In this document: piece by piece, positions 38,103 to 51,800 of the stretch
Numbering within the stretch: the first letter of the stretch is position 1
How the letters are laid out: each line of letters begins with the position of its first letter
Source of the DNA: Raillietiella orientalis
Taxonomy: Eukaryota
Reading direction: 5' to 3'
NCBI GenBank assembly: GCA_036172245.1
Contig: JAYWIR010000009.1
Location: 4,712,001 to 4,776,000 of the forward strand
Length of the DNA stretch: 64,000 bases
Translations under genes and position numbers: made by a program
The notes under the pieces: model-generated
Told to the model about the DNA's origin: nothing
Databases searched by the model: none
What the model saw: only the letters and a program-made list of their open reading frames with translations

Positions 38103-40275
38103 CGGATGCCCCCCCGCGGGAGACCGTCCCTCCCTCCCCCCCGCCTCCTCCAACCTTTAGGAAGAATAAAAGACGTTCCACCGCACGCAGCCGACGGAAG
38201 ATCGCCGCCGCCGCGTGAGACCGGTCCTGGGACCTCTTACCTCCCCCTCATCACACTCGATGCAGGTCGCCCCGGAGTTTGATCCGAAGCTCTTTCTCTC
38301 ACTCTCCCTCTCGACCTCTGCAGCCTTCACGAGCGGAACGCCTCCACCGCAGGCGCCGAGTTTTCGAAGGGCTGCGGGCGGTGCAAGTCATCGACGCCGT
38401 CAATGGAGACCGTTGCATCGGACAGACTTCCGGCGGAGGCGGGGTGCTCCGCGGGGCTACGCCCAAAGGGGTTCGCGCAGCGCCAGTCCCGGAGCGCTGC
38501 CGTCCGAGATGGCAGCGGCGCTCGTCGCTTCGAGCTAGGCAGGTGCCCGGCAACGTCTAGCCAAGGACACCGGGAAGAGTTTCGCCCTTCCGCTCAAGGG
38601 ACCGTCCTTGTCTTTGTGGTCGGTTAGAGTCGGAGGACCGAAGGGCCCGCGGTTCTCGTCCGTGACCGAGACCTCGTGGAAGAGAAGAGCGCGAAGATGA
38701 GGGTGGACCACCGCGTCTGTACCGTCGGGCGCGCGTGAGCGGATCGGAGGGAAACGCCGGACCTCCCCCTCCTTGCACGGGGCGCTGGAGTCTGCGGCCC
38801 TACTCCGTAGGGATCGCTACGTCTGAGGAAACGACGTGGATAGCATGACTGCTTTCCCGGCTCGGGTGGTAACGGTAAGAGCCGGGAGAGCACCCCGTCC
38901 TCTTCCTCCTCCTGTGCTTCCTCCCTTCATTCCTTCTTCCTCTTCCTCTTTCCTTTCACCATCTGTCCTTCTCTCCCCTCCTCCTCCCTTCCTTTCTCTT
39001 CCTTCTCCCACATCCCTTCTGCTGGAGAATGCTCCTCCCAGTGCTTCTGCACTGCAAGGGGTCCCGGACGAACCTCTCAAGCAAGGGCGCCCGACTCCGT
39101 TGTCGGTGCAGCGACCGTTGCCCGGACGCTGCCACTCCTCAGCCTCCTCTACCATGCCCCACCTCACCAGCCCACGTCCCAGTCCGGAAGTTTCCGTCCC
39201 TCCCCGGGCCCTTTTCTCAGCATCGGACCCCGCACCATGAGTCTCCATTTGCGGGCGGCGGCGGCTTCGGTCGTCGCTCCCCGGGAAGTCAAACTCCGGG
39301 AACCATCTGCAGTCCGCCTCAGCGGGGGGCGCGGGGGAAGGGAGCTGTCGCCGCCACTTCCAGCAGCCCTCCTACGCCGTCGCGGCGGCAACGAAGGCGT
39401 GCCAAGGCGAAGGTGTGCCTGCGCGCGCGCACCGCCAAGGCATCCCCTATGCCGGGCCGGGTAGGGCTTCCGCGCCGCTCTATTTTCCGAGCCAACGGGA
39501 GCAGACCCGAAGCCATGCAGTTCCTCCTCCCCCTCCTCGCGCCCTCTGCTGCCACGACCTTGCCAGCCCCTAGCACGAGTCGGAAAAAATGGGAGGGAAC
39601 GTAATCGGGAAGGGAAGCTGGCCGAAGAGGAACCCCTCGGGCGGCGTCCTTGGAAGGATGACGTCCGAACTTTGCGGGGAATCCCGACGGCGTTCTTCGC
39701 TGGCGGCAAGGGGAGGAAACGCCACTCAGAAAATGCGCCCAGTGTCAGCTCTCAGGCAAAACGGCTGCTGCCATGCTACCTCTTCCGGAGGAACAACTCA
39801 CTCTCCCAAGAAACCTCTCGCCGCCGGCTCGCATGGGCGTCCCGGATGTTCCGCCTTTCCCCCCTTCCCAGCCTCCTCGATGCCCAGGATGACGAGGATA
39901 CCTGGAGCCGGACGCCTTCCGGCCGTCTTGGCACTAGCTGATCCTGCAGGTGTCCCCCTCGATCCTTCCGCTTTCCCCGCTGCGTCCCACGGACATCCGG
40001 CCGCTCCCGCAGGGGGCGTTCAGGCTCTCGGCTTCGTCCTTGCACCCGACTCTTTGCAGAGGAAAACACTTGGCGCCTCCGTCGACTTTTCATCGGGTCC
40101 GTGGGCACGAGGACTGGGTCAGCAGCCCCACGCCGGGGGAGAAAGGTGTTGCCCCGCCCGGTCACTGCCGGAGAGAAGCGTCCGGCGCACCCCGGGCAGA
40201 GCAGCCGAGCCGTTGCTGACGCACGGACCAGGGCGGAAGCGGAGCGCCGCTTCCCTCCAGACAGGGGGCCCATGA

Positions 40276-40302
40276 GGATCCCTATTCCCGGGATAGGGAT
40301 CC
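40276..40302. repeat. Near-perfect 27-nt palindrome GGATCCCTAT(T)CCCGGGATAGGGATCC
   Basis: Perfect 26-nt palindrome once a single extra T is removed. Confidence 0.85.
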
Positions 40303-43300
40303 GTGGGGCTATGGAAGGTCGCCTGAGATGCCTCGAGAGCGCACGCGTTCGCACTGCTTTTTGTCCCTGCCGACGGAACAGAAAGCCGCGCATGGCGAAA
40401 CGTTGCTGCCCTGTGGCAGGGACTAGCATCCGTTCGGAAAAGGTCCTCGAGCTGGGCCCAGTCGACCCGGAAACGCAGTCCCTCCCGACCCGGACGGCAG
40501 CACGGGGTCAGCGGAGCGGCCTCCTGCGGCTTTGCTAAACGACGGCTCCTCTTCCGTCTCGCGAAGGAGCAGCTAGGAGTAGGATGCCTTTGCTGGGCCT
40601 CGCTCGGAGTTCCGGAGAGGCGGCGGACGCCAGGTTCCGCCGAGATTCAGGAAAAATCCCGACCTCCTGGGACTCAGCCGACGGGGGAGGGCTGCCTCCC
40701 TCTCCCTCCCAAAGCGCCGGAGTCTGCACGACAGGATGCTCCTTCCTTCGAGGTCTTTCCTTCCCTCCTATCTGTTGGCTTGCACAGGTGTGCCTGCGTG
40801 TGAGGAATCGATTTGAACTTTCATATGGAAAGAGCGAAAGAGCTGGGCCGAAGTGAGGGGGAGAAGTTTTGCTATACTCGGGAAACCGGAAACGTGGGCA
40901 AAAGTGTCCGTTCCTCGGGCTGCTTTCAGGGTGTTGTTCTCTTCTACCACAAATCCGGAGAGCGGCACGGGCGGAGCAATCACTGCAATCTTCGGAGTTC
41001 CTTTCCCGATGCTGCAAATACTCACCCTCTTGACAGCCAAGTGCGCTGGAAAGAAGGGGCTCCATTTGCGGACAGAGCGGCTCACCAGCCGATGGGGTTC
41101 CGTGGTCCCTTAGGGGGAAGCGAGGCGGATGCGGTGGCAGATGCGCCTCTTCACGGACGCATAGAGCAAAGGATCGAATTCTGAAGCACCTATCGGCAAA
41201 TAATCGGCCAGGGAGGAGGCAAGGGAGATTTTCACCTGGCAACTCGGAAAGCAGCTGAAGCCTCGCAAAAAATCACCGTGGGATCCTCGGGGCGAGAGAG
41301 ATCCTGCCAAGGCGGCGCCGGCTGCGATAAGCACATCGGCGCGCACGACCACAGCACACTCGCAGACACCGAGATGGAAAAAGACACACCACACGCGCAC
41401 CCGTCGCGGGGGGAGAGGGGGATTTTTAGTAGCAACACAAGACCTTGAAACGTAACTCTCTCCCAAATCCTTTTCCTTCCGCGATCCACCCTCATTACCT
41501 CTGTCCTCTTAATCTTAGCCCTACCCGTACTAACAGGAACCGTCACCATACTCTCATTTCTTCGACCCCGCAGGAGAAAGAGATTCTATCCTATTCCAAC
41601 ACCTATTTTGCGTTCCTGGACATCCTGAAGTCGACATCTTAAGGATTCCAGGATTTGGAATCACGTCACACATCATTCTTTTCAATAGGGGAAATTTTGA
41701 TTCATACATGCCTTGAGCAAAAGGTTAAGCAAGGGCTCCCACCCAAAACATTACAAACTGGACTTCTAAAACAATCAAATGTTATATCAGTTGGATAATT
41801 GAAACTCTTGACATAAGCTGCTAATTCTCCGAGCAATCTTAGGTTAATTGTAAAAGCAACAAACCATCACGGCGCCCTGATATCTTGAAAAACTGAAGCA
41901 GTACTGCCATGGTCTGATAATGAGACATGCAGGAAATTGTTCTCATTTTCATAAGGTATTTAAGATTAAGTTTTACCATGAATAGGAAAAGGCGCAGGGA
42001 CCGATCGCCCTTTAGACTTACAGGGCTGTGTGGAGCTAAATGGAATGAAAGACGTCACTACAGAATCCCACCGTTTGTGCACTGTATTGTACAGCCAATG
42101 AAAGCAAATGGAAAACAAGATCTACAAGTATCGATGAGCAATACAACTTAATTAAAACCAGAAAACTCCGATAGACATTATGGGAAGACATCATGGGATG
42201 AGCAGGCGTTGATAATACCTGGGAGCATCTCGAGCATGGTTAACAGTTTGTGAAAATGAGTGCTCAGACACTCTCCACTAGTAAAAATTACCGAATGGCA
42301 AAGATAGTTAAAATGAAATGGTTGTTCTCTGATGGCCCCTGCTCTTTTCAATTTGCCCAATTTGGTGTCCACACATGAAAACGCTGACCTTCTTGTCAGC
42401 ACTTGACACCACCTAAGATAATTTCCTTTACAAACACATTAAATATATGTTGCCGTAAAACTGTTTAAAAATTCTACAAACTGCCTGATGAACCCAGAAT
42501 CAGGTCATTATTGTTTACTATTAATTCAGTTGGCAAAATAAGAATTCCGTACAAAAAACCTACTGGTAAAGAGCATAAGCTCTTCACATGGTTTATTTCT
42601 AGAGTCCTGCACAACAAATTACTTGTTTTACTCAATCTTTCAGATGTGCTGCCAGCTTGAATGAACTACAAGTAAAACAATCATGCAAAATTCTTGTTTT
42701 TAGAAGCATCATCAGTTGCCCTACATCTTTGCAAACAGAAATGTACCACCAAGAAATCTTTGCAGATACCTAGGAACCCTATCAAAAAGAGAAATTTTTG
42801 ACAACCATCTGAATAAATGACCAGAAGCCTTTCTCTTTTCCTAAATGAAGACAAGCTTCTGATTGCCTGCAAATAGTCGCAAAAGGTTTTGCAACTGCTA
42901 CAGAATTAAATCTTCATCGGCTTCTGCAGAATTTTTTCCTCTCGATTAAACAAGTTATATCTCCAAAATTAAATTGTGCTGTCCAATTACTTTTTGAACT
43001 TGGAATCTCATTGGATTCAGTGTTTTCTACCTAAGATCTTTAAATCACCTTGGGGGTGGGACTTGAAAATAATCAATCTTCTTTCCAAATAGCTCACCAA
43101 AATCACGTCTATTCCACTTAATCAATGAAAAGATGTGTAAATTTTCCAGAACATTATTTTCCAGAAATATTTGTGTTAGGGGGGATAACAAACTTATCAC
43201 ATCGCCTTTTGAAATTACTGCTGTCATGGACTATGACTGACTGATCTCACTTCAGTTATCACACAACTAAAAGCATGCTCCACATTACATTTGAAAACTT

Positions 43301-43802
43301 AAAATTTGATACGATCTAAGAGCATTTTTTTTGCCATTACATATAATATAGAATAACTATTCCAATTTAGTGAAAAAAGATTTATTTTATTTTCTGTTCC
43401 ATGCTTCCTTGCTGTAATCATATTTAAGTTACCCTCCAATATTCAGAAAAAAACAGAAATCTTGTTTAAAATGTAATTGAAGCACAGTGGAAATTGTTTG
43501 TCCATTAAAATCAGATTTTCCTATTCGAATATGTGGATGTTATATCATTCCCACTAAATGATTTTTCTAATGCTGTCTTAATGTCTTGTCTCTCAACACA
43601 ATATCTTGCAAATCCTTGAATGCCTAAAATTCATCCAATCATAAAAGGACTTCCAAAGGGCCTGATTTTCTTGAAAACCAAACTTTTTGGAAATGCTTCA
43701 CAAAAAGCTTCCATGGGAAATTAAAGAGATTCCCTTTGGCTTACCACCATGCCAACAGCAACTGCAAGCCAACAAAACCTGAAAGTAGGCCTGGAATTAA
43801 AG

Positions 43803-46800
43803 GCAGCAAACTATGAAAACAAAAATCCTATGTTCATTGTATTGAATATCAATTCTGTGATGGTTTTTTCATATCACCTTCTATATCATGAAATACAATT
43901 TAACAGACATATCATAACAGCAATGTCTTTAAAAAAGGATAATCACATGAATCTAGAAACAACTGCAACTGATACGTTCCACTTACCTGCTTCCATTATT
44001 ATATGCTGCTAGTTTCATAAAGTTTTCAGAAATTTATCAAAAATGTCAATTGAACAGCATGCCACTTCCATACAAAACTGATTATCTGATCCACTGATCA
44101 ATTTTTCAAGAGATACATAATGAGGTTGCATTGGATCATACTGATCTTTTCCAATTGCATGTAAAAACTGATGTCTCTCACTTATGAGCTTTTTCCTAAA
44201 CAGGAGGACACGAGGCCATTGCAGAATCAGCTGATGGGGAATTTTCATCTGATTATGCACTACATCAAAACGATCCATCATGAGCCTTTTGCCTAGAGTT
44301 TAAAAATTTTACCATGTTTTCCACTGACACTGATGTTTCACCTACTAATTGTGCACAGTTTTGGACAACTAAGAATAATCTGCTTCATTTCATTCTTCTC
44401 GAAACCCATTTCTTCACAAATGCAAAATGTGGACCACTAGAAAGTTGCACACATAATTCTGCATGGTCTATCAGAGGAGAAACTAACTTTAACTAACCAG
44501 GGATCACAAGTCAAAAGTTGTGGTCTCATAACAATGAAGCTTCGTAAAGTACTAGGTGTGAGCTCTAAGCAATCTTTCAAAAAACAAAGCTGTTTGTGTA
44601 TATCTTTGGTGCTAATGTAAAAGAATGAGATGCATCAAGATAAAAGGCCATTTACCTCAACAAGATGCATCTGGGATTCCTTTGTAAGATTCTGCTCAGC
44701 TTTGAAGAGTCAAATTGCTTATATGTAAAATATCCTACTTTCATCTTTAAAGCTTCCAAATCTTCTTCAAAGATTTGCGGACACTTGGTAATGAACTGTG
44801 CTAAATAATCAGCATTCAGCAGGTAATCATTTAAGAACCTTTTTAAAATAACACAGATTTATACAAATACTCTTCACACCTGATGTATGCATGGAATTTG
44901 TTGATATCCATTTTAATCATGGGCAACATCATCTCCGGATACTTTGATTCAACTTTGGCTAAATTGATCCCAAGTTTTACCATTTCTTGCACAACAACAG
45001 ATCTGGAGATTTGAAACCTTCAATTAAACAAAAAACAAAACTATTTAAAATTTCGTTTACCTATTGACGTAAGCTGCAAAATTAAATGTAGGCCTCAAAG
45101 CAGGGCTTATGTTCTCAACATCAAAACTTTCGTCATCTGGAATTTATCATCATGAAAAAGTACTCAATGAAACAGTACTTTTTTATTAACAATTCAGCTC
45201 TCCAACAAAGCTTCCTTTGCATTCGAGCACTGTGTTTGATACCCATTATCCCAAGGAATTGCTAATGATTTACTAACAAAACGTTTGACTCACTTATTAA
45301 AAAAAGGAATACCTTGTTCAAAACTTGCGTTATCACTTGACTGCCAGTTACAATAATATCTCCAGAAGGAAGCACCCTTTGCCACGGAGCTATTAAACAA
45401 TCTAAATGTTAATTTAAATCTGATTTTCATTAGGTAATGGTGTAAGGTCATATTGCACACTGCTTATTTGATTGTGAATTATTTTGGGGATACGTAGACC
45501 TTTTCAAACCATAACTCCGTGAAGACTTGCTCACACGGCGGCATTCGGTCTGCTCAACCGGAAACTGTCTAAGTTGTGTATCGTTATGTGCATAAATTGA
45601 TGTGACTGCATATAGTCCGTAATTCTCCTAACACGCCCCACAATCTTCTCGGTTTTATGATACCTTGCAATCTTACTCAGTGGCTCACGTGAGGATCGCA
45701 ATTTCCCGCAGCACCGTGAGATCGAAGTCGCAGGGCTCCCACTTTGGCTGCCATGCTTATTGCTTCCTGCAAAAATTCAGAGTGGGCCTTGGAATGGATG
45801 TTCCAGTTTTGTTCTCTGTCTCTTAAATAAAAGCCGAACTCCTTCATGAAGTTAGTTATTACTCAAGTGCTGGACAACACTGCCACTTTCATCTGAATCT
45901 GTGTTCCAAAAGATTGTTCAACAAATTCCATGCTCAAGTATTTAAAATTCATTCATTCCATTTTGGAAATCTGGTTTCTCAAAAGGGTATCCGTACATTC
46001 AAAAACGACCCACTTTCAGGCACTTGAAGGTATAGGAACGGTTTTATTATTTTGAAAAATTAATGGAAAAAAAGGTGAATGTTAGAATTGCAGCTACCTT
46101 TAGCACTCAGAGATGAGCATCTTTACAATTACCAACTTACTAAAAGGGTTGCAGATTATACCTATTATGTATTGCTTAAGATAAAGGACTCAGGAATGAA
46201 GTAACTATATTACAAATAACCCGAAAGTTCAATTGTGTCACAAAAAGATGTTCGTTAGAAAGTTTCATCAAGTGTTCGAACCATCCAGGGAATTCATTTG
46301 ATCCACAGTAAAGAAGGCGATTCGGAACTAACATTGGTAACGAAACTAAGCGATATCAGATTACGAAGAATCCCAATAGGATTATGGAACATGGTAACCA
46401 AGATAGTGCCATGTTCTTGAAATAAGAAAACCAAATCTTGCTCTAATCCAAGAGCAAACTGGATGTCTAAGATGATTCTATGAATCATACATGAGAATCA
46501 CTCGAAGGAAAACAATCACTGATGCTTCTAAATCGATTAGTATTCTACCAATGCAAGAGAACGAAAGTGTGTAACCAGTACCATGAGCAATGTGGAAATA
46601 CTTTCAGAATGATCTTCAACCGATTCTTATTTTCGAATACTTGTAATCAAGCCCAAATCATAGAGGAACTTTATTTTAACAAAGTTCGCAAGTTGAAAAG
46701 CAATCTTTTAGCCAATCTGCATAATGCTTGCACGTGAAACTTCAGTGAGTGCTGTCTCAGTCACAACCATTGTAACAATCTTTATTTACAGAACTTTTGA

Positions 46801-48043
46801 AAATTAAATATTTTCTGTTTAAAGGCAATCAAATAAATGCTTTTTCCTGTTTCCGGTAAAGAATTTAGTTTACTCCTTTCTTACAATTTTATTAGAGATC
46901 TGGTTATGGAAGGTGAATTCATTAGAAAAAGTTCTCATCCTTAGTGAGAAGTAGTAAAACTCTTTCAAAGCTTTCTACGGTGTAGTAGTATTTTTCTGTG
47001 TGATTTTTTTCATAATTCTTAAGCAATTGCCGAAACCTAGCTTTCAAAGTATCTACCCATATGAGTACACACGTCTACAAATGTATATGATATAGTAAAA
47101 ACAGTCAAGAAGATAACCACCCTCATATCTGCTGTATATCAGTAAATTGCATTCGCCTAAATTGTCTAATAACTTGTGCAACTTGTTGGTGAAACTTTTC
47201 AGTTGATTTCATCCTTATTTTTTCAAGTGTTCCTACTTTGACTTTTAATTGAGCGCAGGGGCTCCGAGCCTTCAAAATCTTGTCAAATTCCAGATGAAGG
47301 GGAAAGGTTTTAGTTTTCAATGAAGAAAATCACAAAGATTCTTTAAAGAGAATACTCACCAACCATCTGTACGTGAAACCACCAAGAAAATTTCCAAATA
47401 CCGAGTAACCAGGTATAGCTCCCTGCAAAATCAGTTTGTTGCTTGTTCAATTTTTGACACTCAGCAGTGATGTACATCATCACCTCTTGTCTTTCTGAAA
47501 AAGTTTCTACTAGCCCGATTGGTCATGCAGAGCATTTATGCTTTCATATGGAACTGATAATCGCGCCACACGCTGAGCACGGTGCTTTCAGCCTCCAAGT
47601 GCCTGTCAGAAAGCTTACCACTCCACGTGTATTCTGCGTCGATTCTTTGTTTAATTCAAAATCGAGCATTGGAATCCTTGAGTCAGGTTGTTGTTCCTGA
47701 ACAAAAGAAAATTGCCCTGTATGCTGCTGCAACAAGAACAGCTTCCACTATAGAAGCGTCCTTTCAAATAGCCGAGATCTTGGCCAGGTAGCAAAGCCGA
47801 AACTGAGCAGATCAAAGCGTACGCTAGCAACATCACATCATCTCGGCCGAAAAGCAAGCAGGTTTAAAACAGCAACCAGAAGTCCCGCCGGAGACAAACG
47901 CTCTGAGTGTTGATCACCGAGCAACTACCAGTGCCAGCGTCCGTGCGGTGGACCAAGCGTGGCGGTCCTTTGAATGAGCACATGAAAGATGGCAATAGGA
48001 TGTGTCGTTGTTTCATGCAGCAAACTATGAAAACAAAAATCCT
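43803..48043. repeat. Exact 27-bp direct repeat (43803-43829 and 48017-48043) bracketing the MTERF3 locus
   Basis: GCAGCAAACTATGAAAACAAAAATCCT occurs identically at both sites. Confidence 0.9.
44015..45754 (-). CDS. MTERF3: Mitochondrial transcription termination factor 3; core exons 45136-45061, 45002-44880, 44838-44656, 44611-44488, 44436-44346, 44292-44015; probable N-terminal exons 45754-45689, 45627-45494, 45401-45313
   Basis: The spliced product contains PTFNFAAYVNRSVVVQEMVKLGINLAKVE...FITKCPQIFEEDLEALKMKVGY...EEMGFEKNEMKQIILSCPKL...ERHQFLHAIGKDQYDPMQPHYVSLEKLISGSDNQFCMEVACCSIDIFDKFLKTL*, the characteristic MTERF3 C-terminus. The N-terminal exons (MAAKVGALRLRSH...) fit by phase but are less certain. 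Confidence 0.92.
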
Positions 48044-48893
48044 TCCAAAAATCCAAAAATGATTAAAAAACATGAAACTGATTGGAGTAAAGTTTTAGTT
48101 ATATATCCTAATCAGCACAATACCAGTTTTGGTTTTGTTCTTTTTAAGAAAAGGGTCAAAAGATATTTTTTTGTAAGGAATGAAATCAAAGTTCACTGGA
48201 CATGCAACGGAAAAAATGGCATACGGCGTTGAGAGCTGAATCATTGTGCCTTGCAAGACCTTATGGAAGAACTTATCAGTTTCTTATCATTCTGGGCATT
48301 CTTGACTGCAGAGAAGAAAACCCCTGTAGAATATTTATCAACTCAACCTTTTGCCGATCAACAAAAAATTCTGCGCCTTTAAAAATGCTTTCTTTGGAGA
48401 GAATTAGGAAGCAATCGAGTCACTGAATTCTGAAATCTTTTATTCAGTTTTCAATAAGTTGAAAGAAAACATCCTCACTATTTGAAGCTGCTTCACAAAA
48501 ACGTTTGGAAGTCATTAAAGAGAATTATAATTTTTTGTGGATAATTTTCATAATGATTGCTTTTGCAGTCCTGTCTTCATTTGCAACATGCCTTCTTCAT
48601 GTTCAAACATGTTTCTTCCTATTAAGTACGCTAATAATGAAGAAGACAGAGTTTTTGAAACATGAATGTATTTAAAATCATGTAGCTCACAAAACATTTT
48701 GTAATTGTACATAAGATCGATATGCAGTTGCATAGCTCTTTCCCTACCAGAAACTTATTAGCAGCTGACTTATTACAAGGAAGTAAAAGTACAGCTGTTT
48801 AAAGTTGCACCTAATTGCCTCAACAGCTGCTGACCTGTGCAAACAGTTTGAATTTCCAAAACTGAAGTTAAATTACAAGATGTAATTTCATTT

Positions 48894-51800
48894 TCAAGCA
48901 CTTTTTCTGGCTTTCTTTTTACTTGATTTTTTCTGTTTTCTCTTAGGATTGCACCTGGGATGTACACCTAAAAGAATGAAATCATTACATTAGTACGCAA
49001 TCAAAGGTACTATAAATATGTTAAACAAAAAAACAAATTATTACTGACCTTTATTCAAAAGTCGTGAAAATAAAATGATCTCATACAAGCATAATTTGAA
49101 AAATAGGATGCACATTTACGATTAAGTAATAAGATATTTTGGGATGAAAAAAAAAGGGGGCTATTTATCCCAATTACACTATGCAGAAAATACATTACGC
49201 AGATTCTGGTTCAAATTTATCGACTTCGAGTAATTTCGTTTCAAAAACTGACATAGAGCAGAGTTACATCCAGAAATTAACTCTAATCATAAAGGTGCTG
49301 GATATATCCAAAGTACTGCATATAATGAATCATAAAGTCTGAACTTCAAAATGTTGTTTAATCCTATTATTAAAATCCACATGAATGTTAAAACTTATGG
49401 ATGTATTAAGCATTTCTCTCTGATTGACAAAGAAAAAAGTATGTGCTTCACTTATTGAAGGCAGATATAACACTATGTTCTTTAGCAAAGTTTCAAATTT
49501 TATTTCAACAATCTATTATTACTGGTTAAAAATTTGTTTTACAAAACAACAAATAAACTTTGAGGACTAGGTGACTGTTGCTCCATGCATTAATACAAAT
49601 AACAAATTCTACAGGCAAATTTTTTGGACTGCTTATCATAATGCTGTAAACAGGAAAAACACAAGTATTAGCTACAATAACCTATTGCATTCAATCACTA
49701 TGATTTCTGACGACGTATTTTCACATGGATCGATCCCCTTCCAAACAGGAAAAAAAAAAAAAAACACATCAATCAGATTGTGAAAGTTACAGAGCCTTTT
49801 TAACATAATGCAGATTTATAATGACAGTAAAGAAACAAGTCAATCTTTCAATCTTGATCTTAATAATTAAATGTTTTCTAGGAAAATATTCTAAATATTC
49901 ATATCATACACTCTACTTGCTTATATTTGATAATGAAATGTAATAAATATTAAAAACAGAACAAGGGTTGTGCTGAAAGTAATCCACAATTACACGCATC
50001 TAAAAGACTTACACACATACACCCAACCATCTGAAAGAAACAAAAACAAATAAGGATATGATGCAACCAATATACATGGAAAAGAATGACCTTTCGATCG
50101 TACGACTACCACTTTCCAGCTAACCATATTTTAACACAGGTTTAAAAGCGAGATCATAAGAGAATGGATGGACCTAACTTCATATAATTCATATGGACTG
50201 CTCTGTACAGAGGCAAACCTGACATATCACAAATACCCAAAAAAACAATTTGGAAAGCTTAGTTATCAAGGAAACTGTTCTTATTAATGGATGCTAAAGT
50301 TCCAGAATTCCAATAAGAGATGTGGCAATGTGATTACAAAATTTATTAGCATGGGAAACAAGTTATCACTCAGCAAGAAGTTATCAATGCAACTGAAGCA
50401 GTTTCTTAAGGCAAAAATACGCCATCTTTGTTCAATAATATTGTCAATATGTCATAATGAGCTCTGTTTATTCAGATGATTGTGTGGAATGATAACTCTT
50501 TGTCAAAGGAACCAGTGCATCAATAAGTGAAAAGTCCTAGATAAACTGAACTGGACATAATGGTGTTGCAAGAGACCAAAATTGGCAAACAAATTTGGCT
50601 CACTAACCCCAGCCAATCATCTTACCAGAGAAAACTGGGGCATATCTCAGCAGATTGTTGCTGCTCAGCTTAGCAAATGTCTTCTATGGTGAAATAAGTG
50701 CCTATCTGATGCTCTGGTTCCAACAGCAGGACAGACAAGCTTAGTATGTTTGTATCACAGAAATATCTGAACTCAGGAAAACATATGTGCACTATAGTAT
50801 TGATAATGTTGCAAAACAAATATGCACAGAACCAGATAAACACAGGCACAGGCTTGTTTAATTCACATATTCATTCTTGCTTTTGTAAAAAAAAAAAAAA
50901 AGTAGCTAGCATTATGACTCAGAACATTTTGGGATCCCATTAGCATTCAAGCGCAATTTAAATTTTTGAATTCCTTAAAAACATTCAATACTCTAAGGAA
51001 ATCAAATGAACAGATACTATATTAAAACTTCTTACGGGGAGAAAATAAATTGTGCTGGTAAATGCCCTGAGGTAGTACTATTGGCTTTTCATAGGGAAGC
51101 AAAACCTTTTTCAATCCTTGGAATGACGAATCTACTGTCACATTGAGAATTCCAGTTAATTTTGATTGAGCTTAAAAACAAAAAATTTGACACATACAAT
51201 ATTGAACAAACAAAAAGTAATCTCATTAACTGAATGCTCATAATTGAATGCTTAACGAATATTTCATTTATCAGCATCATCCAATATTTACAAAGTCATT
51301 TACAGTAAATTCACTTGAATTAATAAAGCAGAAGGATCAAATAAGCAGGATACATCCTGCTACAAAGCATTTGTACTTAAGGATCTCACATGAAGATTTC
51401 ATGAAAGATTACAGCTAAATGTTTGCAAAATTCCCTTTTTCATGAACTTCGATTAAAATTTTTAATACACCAAAACAACATTAGATTAACGGAAAATTAT
51501 GACATTACTTGGAACATGCTGGTGCAAACACATGGCTGAATCAATATGTATATATTTGTATTTATTAATACATATGGCATAAATGAAGCAAACCCTAATC
51601 TGTTAAAGGAAATGTGACTTTCTCATACTGCTGCTTTCACTTCTTTTAATTCCTTTTTTCTTTGGAATTAATGCTAAAATCAAGAATGGAACAAAAATCC
51701 ATATTTATGGACCAATTCAACAAATCTTAGTCCAACATAGAATAGTGAGAAATCATGTGAAAGACAATGCACAATTAAAATACTTGTAAAGATAGCATGC

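Noticed and set aside
45402..45493. Possible U12-type intron in MTERF3 (donor GTATCC)
   Set aside because: The donor continues CCCC rather than TT and there is no TCCTTAAC branch site.
48180..48382. In-frame TGA in a plus-strand open stretch (..GIRR*ELNHCALQ..) as possible selenocysteine
   Set aside because: No UxxC/CxxU motif, no recognisable selenoprotein family, no SECIS seen.
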